Below are positions 37,265-42,227 of a stretch of DNA of 42,227 nucleotides, one piece after another (the stretch's first letter is position 1; every line of letters starts with the position of its first letter). The position numbers and the translations under genes are program-made. The notes under the pieces are model-generated. The model was not told the origin of the DNA, made no database searches, and was given only the letters and a program-made list of their open reading frames with translations. Where the stretch lies: contig JAEOTM010000173.1 in the NCBI GenBank assembly GCA_016839815.1, positions 1-42,227 on the forward strand, given 5' to 3'. This DNA comes from Candidatus Hodarchaeota archaeon. GTDB taxonomy: Archaea > Asgardarchaeota > Heimdallarchaeia > Hodarchaeales > Hodarchaeaceae.

Positions 37265-40200
37265 TTAGAAAGGAATTAAGATCTTCACTTTCTCATCAAT
37301 ACCTGTCCACAGAGCATCACTAACCTCTTTAAGAGAAAATCCACCAACCTGGGAGATAATTCGCATCACATCAGAGTAAAGAAGAATACCAGAGTGAGGT
37401 TGACGATAATTAGCAACGGTTTGAACATATTGCTTTAAAAGAGCTTGTTTTGTACTACTAGTAGTTGGAGGAGTGAGACTCGTAACTACAAGAAACTTCA
37501 GCACATCCAATGATGAACTCGTAATCTGGGATTTAGCATCTTTTTGTCGTAGTAGAGAATCAAAATATGCTAGACGTTCTAGATCAATTTTAAATGGTTC
37601 TAGCAGCCCAATAGGGAGGTATTTTCTGAGAATTCGACGAACATTTGGTCCTAGGAGGGCCTCATTGATTATTCCAGTATCATACAAAGGAAAATTCCTC
37701 TGGAGATCCTTCAATGCCTTTAGAAAAGTGTTCCGAAGGAATGAGGAAGGTACTTCTTTCAAGAAAACAAAAACTCGGTAGGAAATAGATCCAAGGATCA
37801 TAATCTGGATTTTATCCTGTTCGATTACACTCAGACGAAAACTTGTTTCTGCTTCTGGGTGATCTCTTGAAAGATTAATATCAGACATTTGTGACATGAA
37901 GTCATCTTGGAATGATTCAAGGAACGCATCAATCCCTACAGATAAACCACTAAGCGTTCCTGTTAAGGATTCATCTGTCTTATATAGAATATTGCTGATG
38001 TTCCAAATAGGTACCCCTGCTGAAGATGTAACCAGAATTGTATATGTATCAGTCATGAATGCTAATTTTTGAGAAGTAGCTCTTTTTTGCGAGGCTATAC
38101 GATCTTGCCTTCGGCGATATGTGACAATTCCTCCCAAAAGTGATATGAATAAACCAATCATTGAAACAACGATTAGGATCAATATCTCTGGGGAAATCCC
38201 TTCATTCCTTGGGATTTCATCAACCTCAATTTCGAAAGATCCATTGTAAGCTAGAGTATTTGTATTATTTGATGAATCTCCCGTTGAAACTTGAAGATGT
38301 ACATCACTATCAACTGAAAACTCGTATACAATGACAGCCTTATAAAAAGAAATAGAATCTGTTCTATTTACGAATTCCATCACAAGTGTGCCCTGAGCTG
38401 TGGATGAGGAACTAATACCAGCAGTAGAACGATTAGTAATAGAGTAGATTAAAATAACTTCAGATATATTAGAAATAAATTCTTCTATTTGAGCGTAAAC
38501 AGTTATATTAGTAGGGTTATTTTGATCATTTGGAACGATTATAATAGCTTTTACGATTGGTGCCACTTCATCAGTTACAAAAAAACTGAAACTTGAATTA
38601 GATAACAAATAGAAGGTTTTTCCCTCAATATCCATACGTGTTGAAGCATGGATTGTCACGTGAATCGTCGTATTATAGTAATCTAATCCGTCAAATTTCA
38701 AGTACCAAGCGTTTCCTGACTGTTGTGATCCATTAAAGAAGATAGAAGATCCATTTGCTAATAATAATTCATAAAGTACATTAATTGAATCAGGATTACT
38801 GATATCTGTCACGATAGAAGTAATATTATATCGACAATCCTTAGTAGGATCAACTGTTGCTTTTCCTTCAAGAATGATAGGTTGACTGAGAATTACGATC
38901 TCTGCAGATATTAGTTGAACTCCTAAGTCAGTACCATCAAATGGAGTAAGGATGATATACCAGATCTCTCTAGGAGAGGTTGCAGAATTAGGGATTAGTG
39001 TTTGGTTTTGATATTGAGTCATCTCAATGAAAGAAGATCCTGGAGATTTCTTAAACCACTGAATTTTTGTCCCATCTGAATCTAAATCGATATCATCAAA
39101 TGAATAACTGATTTTAATGTCTTCATTTTCAAGATAAAATTCGTTTGTCCTTTCGTTTGGCTCAATAAACCTACTAGAGTTGTCAAAAATATACTGAAAA
39201 CCGTCTATTATAGGTGGTGAGTTTGTTATATTGATTCGGGATAATATGATCAAAATTGACCATTCTTCTCCATCAAAGACTCTCAGGGTAGCATACCAGG
39301 ATTGGTTCTTTAAAAGAAAAGAGGAATTGATCTCTTGAGTCTGATTTGAAAAATCTATTCTTAAAGAATAATTCTCATTACCAGTCCCTTGGTACCAAAG
39401 AATCTCGTACTCAACCATATCATCATTGTCTATATCGAATGTATCAAAATTTAAATAAAGAGAGCTATTCTTATAGGTTGAATTGGCAATTTCTAATCCA
39501 TTTAAACCATTTAGATATCCAAAAGTTCGTATTTCGGTTTTAGTGTTTAAGATGATGACTTCTGTGGAATTAACCCAGTTACCAAAATTACCCCAGCTAT
39601 CACGTGGTCTAACACTAACTATCCACCTGTCTCCTTTTACTAAAAACGACGAATCCACTGAAGTCCAGTCTGTTCCGCTTAATACCACTTCTCCGTTTCT
39701 GTACCATCTATATAATGATCCAATCACATACCCATTTGAGTCAAGTTCAATATCATATTGAACATTTTCTTCATGATCAGGATCACTTGCTGTATAATTA
39801 ACCTTCAAAAAAGAGTGAGCAGTAAAATTATTTCCTCCCAGAGGATTGAAGATATTCGGGATACCTTCTATCATCGGGAGAGAGTTTCCTACCACTACAA
39901 ATCCATTAGGAAATAAAGTTGAATCTACAGGTAATCCATATCCGTCCCCATCATGTGGTGTGATGGAACAAGTAATTAAATCACCTGCAGTAAACCAAGA
40001 ATTAGGTAAAAGGACAGTAGTGGGTGGATTGGATATAAAATGGTCAATATGAAAGATTCTCCAAGTTATAATTGTTTGAACTGATTCTGAATCACCATCT
40101 ATATCTGCAAAGTCATAATCAATCAAGATATCAGTACTGGTATTTATACCTCCAATAATAGTAACATTTTCAATAGTGGGAATTGAATTGCTTATATCCA

Positions 40201-42227
40201 ATCCAGTAGAAAGAGTTTCTGGAAGTGACCAATCTGAACCATCAAATAACCAGACCTGAAAAGTCCATATTTGGTCTTTAGAAGTAAATAAGGAAAGCAC
40301 AGTGGTTTGGTTTTCGAGCTCTGTAACAAAGGACACTCCATTATGCCAAACAATTTTATATTCTGTAATTAAGTCCCCATCAACATCTTCACCCTCAAAG
40401 TTTGCAATCAGGTCATTTGTTGTATAAGCAGTTGAAGGAAAAATTCCTGTTTCTGTAACAAAGGGAGCACTATTTTGTATAGTTATATTCTCACTCCGAG
40501 ACCAATTTCCGAAATCAAATGCATCTCCTAATTTAACTTCTGCAAACCAGATATCCCCCTTCACTAGCTGTGCAGTTGAAAGATTCTGTAATCCATCGAA
40601 TTGTGATTGGTACACAGAATTCCTATACCAACGAAAGAGCTTTACTGAGATATTGTCTCCATCTGGGTCACTGGGGGTATAATTTACGTAAAGAGATCCT
40701 CCCACCACCGGATTACTACTCGTTAGATTCACATATATGGCGGAAGGAGGATTATTAGGCGCGATATCAATACTAATAGTTGCCGAAGAGTGCCATAAAC
40801 TATAGTTTGTGCCATCACTGATACGATACTCAACTCGCCATAAATCATTTTCCGAGGTTATGATACTTGCCAGAACGTTTGAATCATTATTGTCTGTGTA
40901 CATTTCCCATACCCCAATACCCCAATAATACCATCTGATTTCCAGCGATCCAGTATCGTTTGGATCCGAGTCTGCATCAAAATAGGTGAAATTTCCCACT
41001 AAATCTTCATCAACAGCAACTGTATTGGGGGTTGAATAATTATTAAGGGTAATAGAGAGAATCGGGGGAGTATTTCTAATCGTAATTTCAGGTGATTCAG
41101 TGGATAGTCCATAATCATCTCCATCGCTAGGGATAAGATCAAATTTCCAGATTTCATCTTTTTTAGTGAGAGTGGAAGAAACGAGTGATTGATTTGTCAA
41201 TCCTTCTTGTAAAACAAAACCTGCGCCGTTATTACGGTACCACAGAATGATTGTGTCATGCTCAATATCACCACTATCTTGATCGTCCCAGTCATAATAG
41301 ATAGTCAAGTCATTACCCGTTTTTGGTTCACTAGGAAGAATTTCTAACGCTGAAACTATAGGAGGGGTATTAAGAACAGTAACATTTTCTGAGTATGTCA
41401 CATTTCCGTATTCAAGCCCATCATGAGGACGAACGGATACTTGCCATTTATCTCCTTTGAACAAAGCAGTTGAGAGAATTTGTAACTCATTATTATAAGC
41501 GGAAAGATTCTCCCAATTACCACCTGTAAAGTTCCATTTCATCCACCGAATCTCTGTAGTATCTTCTGAATCACCATCTTGATCAAAATAATCATACGAA
41601 AGCGACAAGTTATTGGTACTGTACAAGGGAATTGGTGATAGAGATACATTCTCCGCTACTGGAAGATTATTTTCACTCGATGTGTATAAGAGCATAATAT
41701 CGAGGTTCCAGGTATCCTTAACAAAGTCATTATCTGAATTTGTACTTTTTACTCTTATTGTAAACACAGAGGAAGATAAGTAACTCAGTACACTGATATT
41801 ATTCCAAGAATTTGGAGCTAAAGCAGGAATAATTGGTTCCCATGTCAAGGAAGAACTCCATACGTCGACTTGTAGAATTTCGCTATCAAGATTACCCGTT
41901 TTTATAGATAGATTTTCTTCCAATTGAGTATATTGGGTATCTGTCCATTGATATTCAAATTGGGCTTCATAAGAGGCACTTGCTTTTCGAATATTAACTC
42001 CAATCATCACCCATTCCTTGTTTATAGAACTCCAATCCATGGTAACTGAAGTATCTCCTGGTGAGGTGCTACCTGCACCATAACGACCAGTAAGTGAACC
42101 CATCTCTCCATTCCATCTTTCTGTTTGAGATACATCTGGTGAAGGGGAGCCGACAGCAAGAGTGTTTACTGAATCTTGTACTAGATCCCCAGATCTAGAG
42201 CTAATGGTCATTGAAGTAGGTGAGCCA
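37265..42227 (-). CDS. Giant single-pass membrane protein (receptor B), 5'-truncated: DxDGD Ig/cadherin-like repeats, TM, cytoplasmic longin-like domain
   Basis: Frame stays open past ATG 42211 to the window edge (GSPTS-M), no signal peptide visible; TM ILILIVVSMIGLFISLLGGIVTY then RRRQDR; tail homologous to receptor A. Confidence 0.82.
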   Translation of the reverse strand, partial: GSPTSMTISSRSGDLVQDSVNTLAVGSPSPDVSQTERWNGEMGSLTGRYGAGSTSPGDTSVTMDWSSINKEWVMIGVNIRKASASYEAQFEYQWTDTQYTQLEENLSIKTGNLDSEILQVDVWSSSLTWEPIIPALAPNSWNNISVLSYLSSSVFTIRVKSTNSDNDFVKDTWNLDIMLLYTSSENNLPVAENVSLSPIPLYSTNNLSLSYDYFDQDGDSEDTTEIRWMKWNFTGGNWENLSAYNNELQILSTALFKGDKWQVSVRPHDGLEYGNVTYSENVTVLNTPPIVSALEILPSEPKTGNDLTIYYDWDDQDSGDIEHDTIILWYRNNGAGFVLQEGLTNQSLVSSTLTKKDEIWKFDLIPSDGDDYGLSTESPEITIRNTPPILSITLNNYSTPNTVAVDEDLVGNFTYFDADSDPNDTGSLEIRWYYWGIGVWEMYTDNNDSNVLASIITSENDLWRVEYRISDGTNYSLWHSSATISIDIAPNNPPSAIYVNLTSSNPVVGGSLYVNYTPSDPDGDNISVKLFRWYRNSVYQSQFDGLQNLSTAQLVKGDIWFAEVKLGDAFDFGNWSRSENITIQNSAPFVTETGIFPSTAYTTNDLIANFEGEDVDGDLITEYKIVWHNGVSFVTELENQTTVLSLFTSKDQIWTFQVWLFDGSDWSLPETLSTGLDISNSIPTIENVTIIGGINTSTDILIDYDFADIDGDSESVQTIITWRIFHIDHFISNPPTTVLLPNSWFTAGDLITCSITPHDGDGYGLPVDSTLFPNGFVVVGNSLPMIEGIPNIFNPLGGNNFTAHSFLKVNYTASDPDHEENVQYDIELDSNGYVIGSLYRWYRNGEVVLSGTDWTSVDSSFLVKGDRWIVSVRPRDSWGNFGNWVNSTEVIILNTKTEIRTFGYLNGLNGLEIANSTYKNSSLYLNFDTFDIDNDDMVEYEILWYQGTGNENYSLRIDFSNQTQEINSSFLLKNQSWYATLRVFDGEEWSILIILSRINITNSPPIIDGFQYIFDNSSRFIEPNERTNEFYLENEDIKISYSFDDIDLDSDGTKIQWFKKSPGSSFIEMTQYQNQTLIPNSATSPREIWYIILTPFDGTDLGVQLISAEIVILSQPIILEGKATVDPTKDCRYNITSIVTDISNPDSINVLYELLLANGSSIFFNGSQQSGNAWYLKFDGLDYYNTTIHVTIHASTRMDIEGKTFYLLSNSSFSFFVTDEVAPIVKAIIIVPNDQNNPTNITVYAQIEEFISNISEVILIYSITNRSTAGISSSSTAQGTLVMEFVNRTDSISFYKAVIVYEFSVDSDVHLQVSTGDSSNNTNTLAYNGSFEIEVDEIPRNEGISPEILILIVVSMIGLFISLLGGIVTYRRRQDRIASQKRATSQKLAFMTDTYTILVTSSAGVPIWNISNILYKTDESLTGTLSGLSVGIDAFLESFQDDFMSQMSDINLSRDHPEAETSFRLSVIEQDKIQIMILGSISYRVFVFLKEVPSSFLRNTFLKALKDLQRNFPLYDTGIINEALLGPNVRRILRKYLPIGLLEPFKIDLERLAYFDSLLRQKDAKSQITSSSLDVLKFLVVTSLTPPTTSSTKQALLKQYVQTVANYRQPHSGILLYSDVMRIISQVGGFSLKEVSDALWTGIDEKVKILIPF
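38890..41672 (-). repeat. Nine ~100-aa intragenic repeats in receptor B
   Basis: Units start NNLP, NTPP, NTPP, NNPP, NSAP, NSIP, NSLP, NTKT, NSPP, with DxDxD, W[YF], (K)GDxW and DG motifs. Confidence 0.85.

Noticed and set aside
35972-40758. Short plus-strand ORFs opposite receptors A and B
   Set aside because: Antisense shadows without coding evidence
1-42227. CRISPR arrays, tRNA/rRNA genes, transposases, diversity-generating retroelements
   Set aside because: No spaced direct repeats, structured GC-rich intergenic tracts, or transposase/RT motifs seen by eye; a covariance-model scan was not possible

Overview
AT-rich archaeal window, most consistent with an Asgard archaeon (Heimdallarchaeia/Hodarchaeales-like). 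This is inferred from a Rab-like small GTPase, several longin-like proteins, P-x-F C-terminal sorting signals and a single-OB SSB; taxonomy cannot be proven from the window alone. Left (393-14998, minus): four secreted or membrane-anchored surface proteins, three of them large and repeat-built with P[GAS]F-TM-basic tails. At 15.1-19.8 kb, divergent from them, is a putative regulatory module: a coiled-coil/double winged-helix protein, a MinD/ParA-family ATPase, two paralogous stand-alone 7TM proteins with GPCR-like layout, and a TrmB-like HTH protein. Middle (19.8-31.5 kb): metabolic and housekeeping genes (extradiol dioxygenase, DinB, SagB-type nitroreductase, SSB with RGG tail, Fe-S aldo/keto reductase, ZIP transporter, SDR, 2-hydroxyacyl-CoA dehydratase/benzoyl-CoA reductase-type pair) plus two soluble longin-like proteins. 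Right (31.5-42.2 kb, minus): two giant single-pass membrane proteins with different ectodomains but homologous ~285-aa cytoplasmic longin-like tails, followed directly by a Rab-like GTPase. This is the best candidate for an undescribed system: a surface receptor/adhesin coupled through a longin domain to a small GTPase. No RNA genes, CRISPR arrays or mobile elements were recognised.
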